24,000 nucleotides of DNA, from contig JAQWOV010000014.1 in the NCBI GenBank assembly GCA_029245675.1, positions 1-24,000 on the forward strand, given 5' to 3'. The position numbers were made by a program, and so were the translations under genes. The notes beneath the pieces are model-generated. The model did not search any database. It was not told the DNA's origin and was given only the letters and a program-made list of their open reading frames with translations. This document shows positions 1 to 8,011 of the stretch, one piece after another. Each line of letters begins with the position of its first letter. Position 1 is the stretch's first letter. The DNA comes from Acidimicrobiales bacterium (lineage in GTDB: Bacteria; Actinomycetota; Acidimicrobiia; Acidimicrobiales; MedAcidi-G1).

Positions 1-108
1 AGTATCAGAAGAACTACTCGAAGAGCTGTCACTGTCGCTACCACAAGCGCCCGCGAGTAACGCGAACCCAAGTACGACGGCAGATAAAACGCTTAATCGT
101 TTACTCAT
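1..108 (-). CDS. Lipoprotein, N-terminal fragment (gene continues past the left edge)
   Basis: Absent from the ORF track because it is open at the window edge. The minus-strand ATG is at 106-108, with a purine-rich GAGAGGGA (112-119, rc) just upstream. Translation is MSKRLSVLSAVVLGFALLAGACGSDSDSSSSSSSDT: a basic n-region, a hydrophobic core, a lipobox-like LAGA|C, then a Ser/Asp linker. The mature domain is not visible. Confidence 0.6.
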   Translation of the reverse strand, partial: MSKRLSVLSAVVLGFALLAGACGSDSDSSSSSSSDT

Positions 109-278
109 GAATCCCTCTCAATGAACCCCAAAGGGCTCTTAATATCTAATAGAACAATCCACTTTGTTTTCCTTAATTTGGAAAACATTATGGATAGATT
201 GCCTACCTTACACATCTTGGAAGGTTCGCGCGCTAGTCGCGGGAGTAATAAAGGATCTTTTAAAAGGAGCTTTTGAGG

Positions 279-659
279 CTAGTTATTACTGACGCTAGTC
301 ACTGTGGTGATGATGCCGCCACGAATTTGCTGTTCAAGAATTACTTTCACCGGAACTTGCACTGCTTTGCCTAGATGGTTGGCAATTTTAGGGGCTAGAT
401 GTTCAGCAAAAATGCCGATTCCTTCGAATGTTCGTAGAAAAAGTTTCAAGGACTTTGTTTCAATGCAGATTGATTCGGGGGAGTAACTTATATCAATCGT
501 GTAAAAATCTGGTTGGTTTGTCACAGGACACACGGCAGTCAATTCGGAAGACCGAAATTGAACTAATTCAACAGGGCCTTCCACAGAGAAGGTGTCAATT
601 TGGGTAGTAGGCGTTGAATCAGGTCGTCCAAGTACTGGTTCTTGATTTGTTTCTTCCAT
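279..659 (-). CDS. queF: NADPH-dependent 7-cyano-7-deazaguanine (preQ0) reductase, unimodular type I QueF
   Basis: 126 aa. It has the catalytic-Cys block AVCPVTNQPDF and the QueF motif E-x-K-S-L-K-L-F (IETKSLKLFL), as in B. subtilis YkvM-type QueF. Confidence 0.9.
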   Translation of the reverse strand: MEETNQEPVLGRPDSTPTTQIDTFSVEGPVELVQFRSSELTAVCPVTNQPDFYTIDISYSPESICIETKSLKLFLRTFEGIGIFAEHLAPKIANHLGKAVQVPVKVILEQQIRGGIITTVTSVSNN

Positions 660-680
660 TAGTTTGGAACTTGAAATACC

Positions 681-770
681 TTAACTATTGCGACCCAGGT
701 TGGGTTTACGTCCATGGTTAGCCTTTTTACGCCGTGCGTTGGCTCTCTTCTTTGACGTTCGCTTTGACAT
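681..770 (-). CDS. 50S ribosomal protein bL37 (actinobacterial micro-protein)
   Basis: Hand-translated; below the ORF-track size cutoff. The 29-aa product MSKRTSKKRANARRKKANHGRKPNLGRNS is extremely basic and has the ANHG[KR][KR]PN core that I recall from mycobacterial bL37 (..RRKxxANHGKRPN.). It ends 21 nt upstream of the queF start on the same strand. Confidence 0.6.
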   Translation of the reverse strand: MSKRTSKKRANARRKKANHGRKPNLGRNS

Positions 771-894
771 GCTAAAGATGCTAACGGCTTAATGAGAGAT
801 ACATGTGTTTTTTTACCTGTTTCTGATGGCTATTGCATGAACTGGCGTAGTCTTACCTGCTGGAAGAACAAATCATTTCAGACAGGAGCATGAG

Positions 895-1971
895 ATGGAA
901 AGATTTGGATTTGTTGGCTTGCCTAATGCAGGAAAGTCTTCTTTATATAACGCATTAGCAGGTGGAGGGGCTTTAGCAGCCCCGTATGCGTTCGCGACAA
1001 CAGATCCAAATATTGGGGTAGCAAAAGTTCCAGATGACCGTTTAGATCAGTTGGCTCAGATGAGTGCCTCTAAGAAGGTGATTCCAGCGAGTGTTCAATT
1101 TGCCGATATAGGTGGGTTAGTTGAAGGAGCAGCTTCTGGAGAAGGTCTCGGAAACAAATTTCTAGCTGGAATTCGTGAAGTGGATGCGATTGTTTTTGTT
1201 CTCAGAGCCTTTCAGGACACAGATGTTCCGGGACCTACAGATCCGTTAGAGCATCTTCGAATTGTTGAGGTGGAACTTGCTTTGGCAGATCTAGAAACGG
1301 TGGAACGGCAACTTGAGAAGCATAGAAAGTCTATGAAAAGCGATAAGACGTTAGTTGGAGCAGTTGCATTGTTAGAAAGAACCCACGAAGCGCTTTCCGA
1401 GGGCATTCCTCTTCATAGAACTAACTTTACGAGTGAAGAACGTCATGAATTGCAGCCGTTCTTTTTGCTGACGAATAAACCGGCACTGGCGATAGTTAAC
1501 TTAGATGAAGATCAGGTATCAGAATCTGAAAGCATTTTGAAACCAATTAAAGATGAATTCCATGATTCAGTAGATGTCATCGGTATGTGTATTCAACTTG
1601 AAGCTGAAGCAGCACTGTTGCCACCTGATCAGCGAGGGGAACTGCTTGAAGGGCTTGGTCTAGGACAAGGAGCCCTCCCGCGTTTTGTGCGATCGGCTTA
1701 TCACCAACTCGGGCTTCGAACATTTTTTACGACCGGAGAAAAAGAAACACGTGCATGGACATTCCGCTCTGGTTCTTCGGCTCCAGAATGTGCAGGCCGG
1801 ATCCATACGGACTTTGAGCGCGGATTCATTAGAGCTGAAACAATCCGTTGGGATCAGTTACTTGAATTTGGATCCTATGTAAAAGCTAGGGAGGCAGGAG
1901 CAGTTCGATCAGAAGGAAAAGATTACTGTCCTCAAGACGGGGATGTTTTAGAGTTCAGATTCAATGTCTGA
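895..1971 (+). CDS. ychF: Redox-regulated ATPase YchF (Obg-family GTPase/ATPase)
   Basis: 358 aa. N-terminal P-loop GLPNAGKSS and a conserved C-terminal block (ARIHTDFERGFIRAE). AGGAG lies 7 nt upstream of the ATG. Confidence 0.95.
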   Translation: MERFGFVGLPNAGKSSLYNALAGGGALAAPYAFATTDPNIGVAKVPDDRLDQLAQMSASKKVIPASVQFADIGGLVEGAASGEGLGNKFLAGIREVDAIVFVLRAFQDTDVPGPTDPLEHLRIVEVELALADLETVERQLEKHRKSMKSDKTLVGAVALLERTHEALSEGIPLHRTNFTSEERHELQPFFLLTNKPALAIVNLDEDQVSESESILKPIKDEFHDSVDVIGMCIQLEAEAALLPPDQRGELLEGLGLGQGALPRFVRSAYHQLGLRTFFTTGEKETRAWTFRSGSSAPECAGRIHTDFERGFIRAETIRWDQLLEFGSYVKAREAGAVRSEGKDYCPQDGDVLEFRFNV

Positions 1972-1985
1972 TCTAGACTCTAGAT

Positions 1986-2315
1986 ATGCCCTGGTTACTA
2001 CTTGAAGAGAAAGTTCTTAGTTCTATAGAAATAGGCTCAAATGAATCTTTTGTAGGGCAGTCACCTCATCGTGGGGGAGGATCTGAAGAGACTCAGTTGA
2101 TCATGTCTACAAAACTTGTCCATACGTTCCGAAGAGTGGAATCGGAGGATTTCATTTTTCTTGACGAAAGTTTCAAAATTCTTGAGATAAAAACTTTGAC
2201 CCCATCGCGTATTAAGTTCTCTCCGTTAAGAACCAAATCAATTGTTAAAACAAATGAAGGTAATGCTCTTCGGTGGGATGTTCAGGTTGATGACATTCTG
2301 GAGATCCGATTATGA
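1986..2315 (+). CDS. DUF192 domain-containing protein
   Basis: 109 aa. The C-terminal half (LVHTFRRVESEDFIFLDESFKILEIKTLTPSRI...NEGNALRWDVQVDDILEI) follows the actinobacterial DUF192 pattern vHTfgm..piDv.flD....V..v..l.P.r....a..vlE...G......v..Gd.lei. It overlaps the rsmI start by 4 nt (ATGA). Confidence 0.6.
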   Translation: MPWLLLEEKVLSSIEIGSNESFVGQSPHRGGGSEETQLIMSTKLVHTFRRVESEDFIFLDESFKILEIKTLTPSRIKFSPLRTKSIVKTNEGNALRWDVQVDDILEIRL

Positions 2316-3145
2316 ATGGCATCCTTACATTAGTAGCTACTCCGATTGGAAATTTATCAGACCTTTCTCCGCGCGGGTTAGAAACTCTTGAAAGGTCAGA
2401 TGTAATCGCATGTGAAGATACGCGTCGTACCGGTTCCCTGCTTCAACATTTTGGAATCACAGGTGTACGAATGCTGCGTGTAGATTCACACACCGAAGAG
2501 AAAGCGGCCGGAGAGATTATCAACTGTCTTTCAGACGGGCTTTCAGTATCAATGGTTACTGACGCTGGAATGCCAAGCATCTCGGACCCAGGGGAGCGGT
2601 TAGTGAAAAAAGTTATTGAATCTGGCCATCAAATAACAGTTATCCCGGGTCCAACCGCACCTATTTCAGCGTTAGTGGTCAGCGGGTTTTCAACTCAAAG
2701 GTGGTGCATGGAAGGGTTTTTACCAAGAAAAGGGGAAAATCGATCTCGAAGAATTAAAGAAATTGCTGAAGAAACTCGAACAACCGTCTTATTTGAATCC
2801 CCACATCGGCTGAAAGCCACGTTGGAAGATTTATATGAAGAATGTGGAGGCACTCGGCAGATAGCCATAGTTAGAGAACTCACAAAAATACATGAAGAAA
2901 TCTTCAGAGGATCTTTAGAAGAGTCTTTAGCCTGGGTTGAGAAAAAAATAAAAGGCGAAATAGTGATCGTGCTTGAAGCCAATAATTCAACCACAGAAAT
3001 AGACGACGATCGTCTCAAAGTTGTTCTAAGGGAAATACTTGATGGCGGGGTGTCCACCAAAGATGCGGCTGAAGAAGCATCTCGAAGACTGAATGTGAGT
3101 CGCCGGCGTGCTTATTCAACCGCTCTGGACTTAAGGGCGGACTAG
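2312..3145 (+). CDS. rsmI: 16S rRNA (cytidine1402-2'-O)-methyltransferase RsmI
   Basis: 277 aa with a tetrapyrrole-methylase fold. Motifs LVATPIGNLSDLSPR and IACEDTRRT match RsmI. It sits next to metG, as in other Actinobacteria. Confidence 0.9.
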   Translation: MNGILTLVATPIGNLSDLSPRGLETLERSDVIACEDTRRTGSLLQHFGITGVRMLRVDSHTEEKAAGEIINCLSDGLSVSMVTDAGMPSISDPGERLVKKVIESGHQITVIPGPTAPISALVVSGFSTQRWCMEGFLPRKGENRSRRIKEIAEETRTTVLFESPHRLKATLEDLYEECGGTRQIAIVRELTKIHEEIFRGSLEESLAWVEKKIKGEIVIVLEANNSTTEIDDDRLKVVLREILDGGVSTKDAAEEASRRLNVSRRRAYSTALDLRAD

Positions 3146-3155
3146 TCTCACAGTT

Positions 3156-4790
3156 ATGAATCATTCAAATACCCCCATCCTCGTAGCTGTGGCTTGGCCC
3201 TACGCTTCTGGATCACGCCACCTCGGGCATCTTGCGGGCGCGTATCTTCCTGCAGACGTTTTTGCTCGTTACCAGCGTTTGATGGGAAATCGGGTGTTAA
3301 TGGTTAGCGGGTCAGACGTTCATGGCACCCCGATAACAGTTAGAGCTGACGCGGAAGGAGTCACTCCATCTGAAATCGCAGATAAGTATCATGCAGAGTT
3401 TGTAAAAGATTGGGAAAGACTTGATATCAGTTGGGATTGCTATACCTCTACTGGCACCAACAATCACAAAGAAGTTGTGCAAGAACTATTTATGACTCTT
3501 TTAAATAAGGGACACATTGATAAAAGAACAAGCGAGCAATACTTTGATCAAGAAGTAAACAGATTTTTACCTGATCGTTATATTGAGGGATCTTGTCCAC
3601 ATTGCGAATATCTTGAGGCCCGTGGAGACCAATGCGAAAACTGCGGCAGGACCTTAGATCCACAAGAACTTGTTAACCCGCGTTCAAAAATTTCGGGTTC
3701 AGAACCAGAACTTCGATCAACTGAACATTTCTATTTACGTCTCTCAGACTTTGAAGATTCTCTGGAAAAATGGTTATCGACAAGGCAAGGATGGAGAAAA
3801 CATGTACTCAATTTCTCTAAAGGATGGATAGAAGAAGGCCTTCAAGATCGGGCTATTACCCGAGACTTAGATTGGGGAATTGAGATACCAGTCGATGATT
3901 TGGGTGAAGGTAAACGAATTTATGTTTGGTTCGAAGCTGTAGTCGGCTATTTATCTGCTGCAAAAGAATGGGCGGCCAAACAAGGTGAGCCAGAGTCTTG
4001 GAAAGACTGGTGGGAGAACGACGAAGCACAAAGTTTTTATTTCATTGGCAAAGACAACATACCTTTTCACACCATTATTTGGCCAGGGATGCTCATAGGT
4101 AACGGCGGCTTAAATCTTCCCACCGATGTTCCGGCTAACCAATACGTCACTTTCAAAGGTGGTAAAGCATCTGCTAGCCGTGGAGTTGGGTTAACGATAG
4201 GAGAGGGGTTAGACATGTTTGAGCCAGACGCTCTTCGTTATGCGCTTGCAGCCAACCTCCCTGAACAGAGCGATACAGATATTTCAATAGAAGAGATCGT
4301 TCGACGAATAAATGAAGAACTGGTAGCGACTTGGGGAAATTTAGTAAATCGAGTTCTTTCAATGGTGAACAAAACTTGTGAAGGGCAAGTCCCTGCACCG
4401 GGAAATAAAAAGGATGAAGACAACAAAGTTCTATCTGAAGTAGATGCAATGTTGTTAAAGGCTTCTCAACAGTTAGAGAAAGTAGAAATCCGAGCTGCAC
4501 TTAGATCCGCAATGGATGGAGCCGCAGCTGTTAATGCCTATCTGAATGCTACAGAACCATGGAGAGTCGCTAAAGAAGATCCTGACCGCGCAACAACGAT
4601 ACTCAGTACGGCTTTAGAAGCAATTAATGGAGTTCGAGTGGCATTATCTCCGTATCTTCCTTTCTCTACTACCAAACTTGAAGAGATTTTAGGCCCAATC
4701 AGCAGTTGGGAAAGAAGCCCGGTTGTCGCTGGAACACCGATTCCAAAACCAACACCTTTGTTTGCAAAAATCGAAGTAACAAATGACTAA
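3156..4790 (+). CDS. metG: Methionine--tRNA ligase (monomeric form, one Zn knuckle, no C-terminal tRNA-binding appendix)
   Basis: 544 aa. HIGH motif HLGH, Zn knuckle CPHC-x9-CENC, and anticodon-binding domain motifs. The KMSKS position reads KASAS (see findings). Confidence 0.95.
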   Translation: MNHSNTPILVAVAWPYASGSRHLGHLAGAYLPADVFARYQRLMGNRVLMVSGSDVHGTPITVRADAEGVTPSEIADKYHAEFVKDWERLDISWDCYTSTGTNNHKEVVQELFMTLLNKGHIDKRTSEQYFDQEVNRFLPDRYIEGSCPHCEYLEARGDQCENCGRTLDPQELVNPRSKISGSEPELRSTEHFYLRLSDFEDSLEKWLSTRQGWRKHVLNFSKGWIEEGLQDRAITRDLDWGIEIPVDDLGEGKRIYVWFEAVVGYLSAAKEWAAKQGEPESWKDWWENDEAQSFYFIGKDNIPFHTIIWPGMLIGNGGLNLPTDVPANQYVTFKGGKASASRGVGLTIGEGLDMFEPDALRYALAANLPEQSDTDISIEEIVRRINEELVATWGNLVNRVLSMVNKTCEGQVPAPGNKKDEDNKVLSEVDAMLLKASQQLEKVEIRAALRSAMDGAAAVNAYLNATEPWRVAKEDPDRATTILSTALEAINGVRVALSPYLPFSTTKLEEILGPISSWERSPVVAGTPIPKPTPLFAKIEVTND

Positions 4791-5553
4791 AAAGGCTGCT
4801 GATGTTCAATGGTTCGATAACCATTGCCATCTTGGGGAAGACGCAGAAGCCATTATTGAACGTGCTCATTTAGTTGGAGTGACGAAAATGATAACTGTCG
4901 GAACCGACTTAGCGGAAAGTAAAGTGGCGATCCAAATCGCAGAAAATTTTGAAAATGTTTGGGCTACCGCGGGGATTCACCCACATGAAGCCACGCACGG
5001 AACACAGGGACTAAAAGAACTCCTTGACTCACCTCAAGTAGTAGCAGTAGGAGAAGCAGGACTGGATTTTTATTACGATCATTCACCGCGAAACGAACAA
5101 AAAGAAGTTTTTAAACAGCAAATTGAATTAGCTAATAAAAAATCGATGCCACTAGTAATACACACAAGAGAGGCTTGGGATGAAACGTTTTCTCTTTTAG
5201 ACGCTGAAGGAACTCCAGAACACACAGTATTCCATTGTTTCACCGGCGGGCCCATAGAACTTGAATCTTGTTTATCTCGCAACGCTTCCGTTTCTTTCAG
5301 TGGGATAGCTACTTTTTCTACCGCTTCAGAAGTACGCGCCGCAATCGAAGAATGCCCCCTCGAAAAACTACTCTTAGAAACTGATTCCCCATATCTCGCT
5401 CCAGTCCCACTCAGAGGTCAAATAAATGAACCAGCAAACATAATTCACACAGGTCGACTTATAGCTGAGGTCAAAAGCCTCACTGAACAAGAAGTAGCCA
5501 CAGCAACCACTCAAAATGCAGAAAGATTCTACAGGCTTACTGAAATCAACTAA
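4783..5553 (+). CDS. tatD: TatD-family metal-dependent hydrolase/DNase
   Basis: 256 aa. Contains the DNHCHL His pair and the GLDFYY, HCFTG and ETDSPYLAP motifs. It overlaps metG by 8 nt. Confidence 0.9.
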   Translation: MTKKAADVQWFDNHCHLGEDAEAIIERAHLVGVTKMITVGTDLAESKVAIQIAENFENVWATAGIHPHEATHGTQGLKELLDSPQVVAVGEAGLDFYYDHSPRNEQKEVFKQQIELANKKSMPLVIHTREAWDETFSLLDAEGTPEHTVFHCFTGGPIELESCLSRNASVSFSGIATFSTASEVRAAIEECPLEKLLLETDSPYLAPVPLRGQINEPANIIHTGRLIAEVKSLTEQEVATATTQNAERFYRLTEIN

Positions 5554-5566
5554 AAGCGGGCACGAT

Positions 5567-5606
5567 TCGCGCTTAGAGTGGTCACTCTCGCGCGACGATT
5601 TTTTGC
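5567..5606 (+). terminator. Intrinsic terminator after tatD
   Basis: Stem TCGCGC-tt-AGAGT (5567-5579), loop GGTC, then ACTCT-c-GCGCGA (5584-5595). A T6 run at 5599-5604 follows, with more T-rich sequence after it. Confidence 0.6.
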
Positions 5607-5730
5607 TGTTTGTTTTTTCTCTCAATTCTTCATAAATTTTTGTTCGGCTATAGCATTTTAGAAAATTGCTATCAGAGGGGAAAGGGACGGAGCTCTGGAA
5701 GCTGATACCACCATCGAGAGGTGGCGAGTA

Positions 5731-6438
5731 GTGGTAGTGGCGGTAGCTACTATCGCTGCAGTGCCTCTTCTCGTTTTAGAAAATCCAAATTCTTTTGGCT
5801 CTGCAACATCAACTGCAGGAGCTACTGAAACCTCTTTGGCTGCAACAACAGCCACAATTGTCGCGTCTGAGGCATCAGAGAGTTCTGGAATAGTTCTTTC
5901 AACTCTTGAAGAAGAAAATAGTGGACCTAGTCAGTTAGACGAGACTCAAGCCATGATGATACTCGCTGAGGCAAAAGCCCAAAAAATATTAAAAGACGCT
6001 GTTGAAGCTAAAGAAAAAGACGCTCTTTCAATTTTTGAAACAGCAGAAATTCTTTCAGCCGAACGAGCTGAAGAACTTGCAGAAGCGAGGATCGAATATA
6101 TAGAGTCCCAAGGTTCCGCATCTCCTACAACTCTTCCGCCTTACGTACCCCCAGCACCTAATGGACCGACGGAACAGCAATGGAGTGATTTACGACGGTG
6201 TGAGTCAACTAACAACTACCAAGCAGTAAGTCCTTCTGGGACTTATCGAGGCGCCTATCAATTCAGTCAAGTCACATGGGATTTCATCGCAGGAATTTCT
6301 ACTCACGTTGAAGTTCATTACTTATTAGGCGTAGACCCCATTGACGCTTCTCCAGCTGAACAAGATTTGATGGCGCTTACTCTATATAACTACTGGGGTA
6401 GAGGCCAGTGGCCTGAGTGCGGCCGCTTTTTGCCGTAA
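5731..6438 (+). CDS. rpf: Resuscitation-promoting-factor-like transglycosylase, membrane-anchored
   Basis: 235 aa. An N-terminal hydrophobic anchor is followed by a Ser/Thr/Ala linker and a Glu/Ala/Lys-rich helical segment. The C-terminal Rpf/transglycosylase-like domain (WSDLRRCES..YRGAYQFSQVTW...EQDLMAL...GQWPEC) aligns with the RpfB catalytic domain, including the catalytic Glu and the Cys pair. It occupies the same tatD-rpf-ksgA position as Mtb rpfB. The start is a GTG, and the exact start is uncertain. Confidence 0.8.
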   Translation: MVVAVATIAAVPLLVLENPNSFGSATSTAGATETSLAATTATIVASEASESSGIVLSTLEEENSGPSQLDETQAMMILAEAKAQKILKDAVEAKEKDALSIFETAEILSAERAEELAEARIEYIESQGSASPTTLPPYVPPAPNGPTEQQWSDLRRCESTNNYQAVSPSGTYRGAYQFSQVTWDFIAGISTHVEVHYLLGVDPIDASPAEQDLMALTLYNYWGRGQWPECGRFLP

Positions 6439-6447
6439 CTTCTAGTT

Positions 6448-7266
6448 ATGACCCTTACTCGGACCGAAGTCCGGGATCTTCTAGATCGATATCAGATAAG
6501 TCCTAAACGTTCTTTAGGGCAAAATTTTGTCGTAGAACCAAATACTGTTAGGCGAATAGCTGAGTTGGCAGAAATTGAAATAGGCGATCAAGTTTTGGAG
6601 ATAGGACCAGGATTGGGTTCATTAACCTTGGCTCTTGAAGACCGAGGAGCACACGTAACAGCCCTAGAAATTGATGACAAACTTGTTGAAGTACTTAAAG
6701 AGGTAACAGCTGGCAAACAAATCAATATCTTGCATGAAGATGCTATGAAATTTGATTTTGGGACCTATACCTCTAGTGGGAGATGGAAACTTGTAGCTAA
6801 TTTGCCCTACAACATTTCAGTTCCATTGATTTGCAACATTTTAGATACATCTCCTTCTATAACCGAGATGCTGGTCATGGTCCAGAGTGAAGTAGCAGAT
6901 CGTCTTGTAGCGAGACCTGAAACAAAAGCGTATGGCTTCCCATCTGTGAAAGTTTCTTTTTATGCAGAAGCCTCTTTAGTGAGTCGTGTCCCACCTTCTG
7001 TGTTTTTGCCGCGACCAAGAGTTGATTCAGCGCTCGTCAGAATTAAAAGAAAGCCACATACAGATACGACAGTTGACACAGAGACTCTTTTTTCCTTAGT
7101 GAAAATGGGATTCACTCATCGCCGCAAAACATTGCGCCGCTCTTTGGGGGACATGGTCAGAGAAGAAGAGTTTCAAAAATCTAGTATTAATTCAAAAGCA
7201 AGAGCGGAAGAATTAAGTATTGACGAGTGGGTGCATCTAGCAAAGGAGGTCCGTCATGAAAACTGA
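6448..7266 (+). CDS. rsmA: 16S rRNA (adenine1518/1519-N6)-dimethyltransferase RsmA/KsgA
   Basis: 272 aa. LGQNF, the SAM-binding motif EIGPGLGSLT, and the NLPYNIS motif. Confidence 0.95.
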   Translation: MTLTRTEVRDLLDRYQISPKRSLGQNFVVEPNTVRRIAELAEIEIGDQVLEIGPGLGSLTLALEDRGAHVTALEIDDKLVEVLKEVTAGKQINILHEDAMKFDFGTYTSSGRWKLVANLPYNISVPLICNILDTSPSITEMLVMVQSEVADRLVARPETKAYGFPSVKVSFYAEASLVSRVPPSVFLPRPRVDSALVRIKRKPHTDTTVDTETLFSLVKMGFTHRRKTLRRSLGDMVREEEFQKSSINSKARAEELSIDEWVHLAKEVRHEN

Positions 7267-7981
7267 GTTGAGATCTCCAGCAAAACTCACTCTTTCCCTC
7301 CGGATTACCGGAAAAAGAGAGGATGGCTACCACTTCATAGAGGCGGAAATGGTAAGCCTAGATCTTTCGGATCGAATAGTTATTTCTGATGGAGATGGCT
7401 TGACGATAGAGGGACCTGAAATAGGATTTAGTGTTGAGCCAGATAGCAACAACTTAGTTACACAAGCTCTTGAATTATTAAACAGGAAAGCCTTGATTCG
7501 CCTAGAAAAGAACATTCCTTCCGGCGCAGGTTTAGGAGGAGGGTCTACTAACGCAGCAGCAATACTTCGATGGGCTGGTTTCACAGACCTAGTCAAAGCT
7601 GCGTCTCTAGGGGCTGATGTCTCTTACTGCATTGTTGGAGGCAGAGCTAAAGTTTCAGGAATTGGTGAAGTAGTGGAACCTCTACCATTCGTTGAAAAAA
7701 CTTTTACTCTCCTCACCCCGCCATTTGGCGTTTCAACTCCAGCCGTTTATAAACACTGGGACGAAATGGGAGGCCCCGTGGGGGATAACGGCAATGACCT
7801 CGAACCTGCTCTGCTCAGCTATATGCCGGAAGCAGATCAATACAAAAATCGATTAGCAGAAATATCTGGAAAAATCCCTCAATTAGCTGGATCGGGTTCA
7901 ACATGGTTTGTGGAAGGAAGTTTCCCTGAAGAAGGCTGCCAAGTAGTAAAGACTATTCCGTCTAGCCTGTTCGAGAAGTAA
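7256..7981 (+). CDS. ispE: 4-diphosphocytidyl-2-C-methyl-D-erythritol kinase
   Basis: 241 aa, which is compact. N-terminal PAKLTLSLRI, GHMP motif 2 PSGAGLGGGSTNAAA, and motif 3 GSGSTWF. It overlaps rsmA by 11 nt, keeping the conserved ksgA-ispE pairing. Confidence 0.9.
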   Translation: MKTELRSPAKLTLSLRITGKREDGYHFIEAEMVSLDLSDRIVISDGDGLTIEGPEIGFSVEPDSNNLVTQALELLNRKALIRLEKNIPSGAGLGGGSTNAAAILRWAGFTDLVKAASLGADVSYCIVGGRAKVSGIGEVVEPLPFVEKTFTLLTPPFGVSTPAVYKHWDEMGGPVGDNGNDLEPALLSYMPEADQYKNRLAEISGKIPQLAGSGSTWFVEGSFPEEGCQVVKTIPSSLFEK

Positions 7982-8011
7982 AGAACTTGGCTGAGTTTTT
8001 TAGGAGGAAAA

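Noticed and set aside
121-276. A 51-codon plus-strand ORF (MNPKGLLISNRTIHFVF...) in the queF/lipoprotein spacer
   Set aside because: It has no RBS and no recognisable features. It occupies what is more plausibly the 5' UTR and promoter of the minus-strand lipoprotein gene.
792-893. A 33-codon Cys/Trp-rich uORF (MRDTCVFLPVSDGYCMNWRSLTCWKNKSFQTGA) ending 1 nt before the ychF start
   Set aside because: It has no RBS, and its composition is typical of a random frame. It lies in the divergent promoter region between bL37 and ychF, and there is no evidence of conservation.
660-894. A preQ1 riboswitch upstream of queF
   Set aside because: Only 21 nt separate queF from the bL37 gene. The 124-nt region upstream of bL37 shows no preQ1-I/II-like hairpin with an A-rich tail.
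5604-5730. A ydaO / c-di-AMP riboswitch upstream of rpf
   Set aside because: One is expected from actinobacterial precedent. However, the conserved blocks I recall (GGGGUGAAUC, ..CAGCUAACCUCGUAAGCG-like 3' half) are absent and the available space is too short. The region is kept as an unexplained structured leader, not as a riboswitch call.
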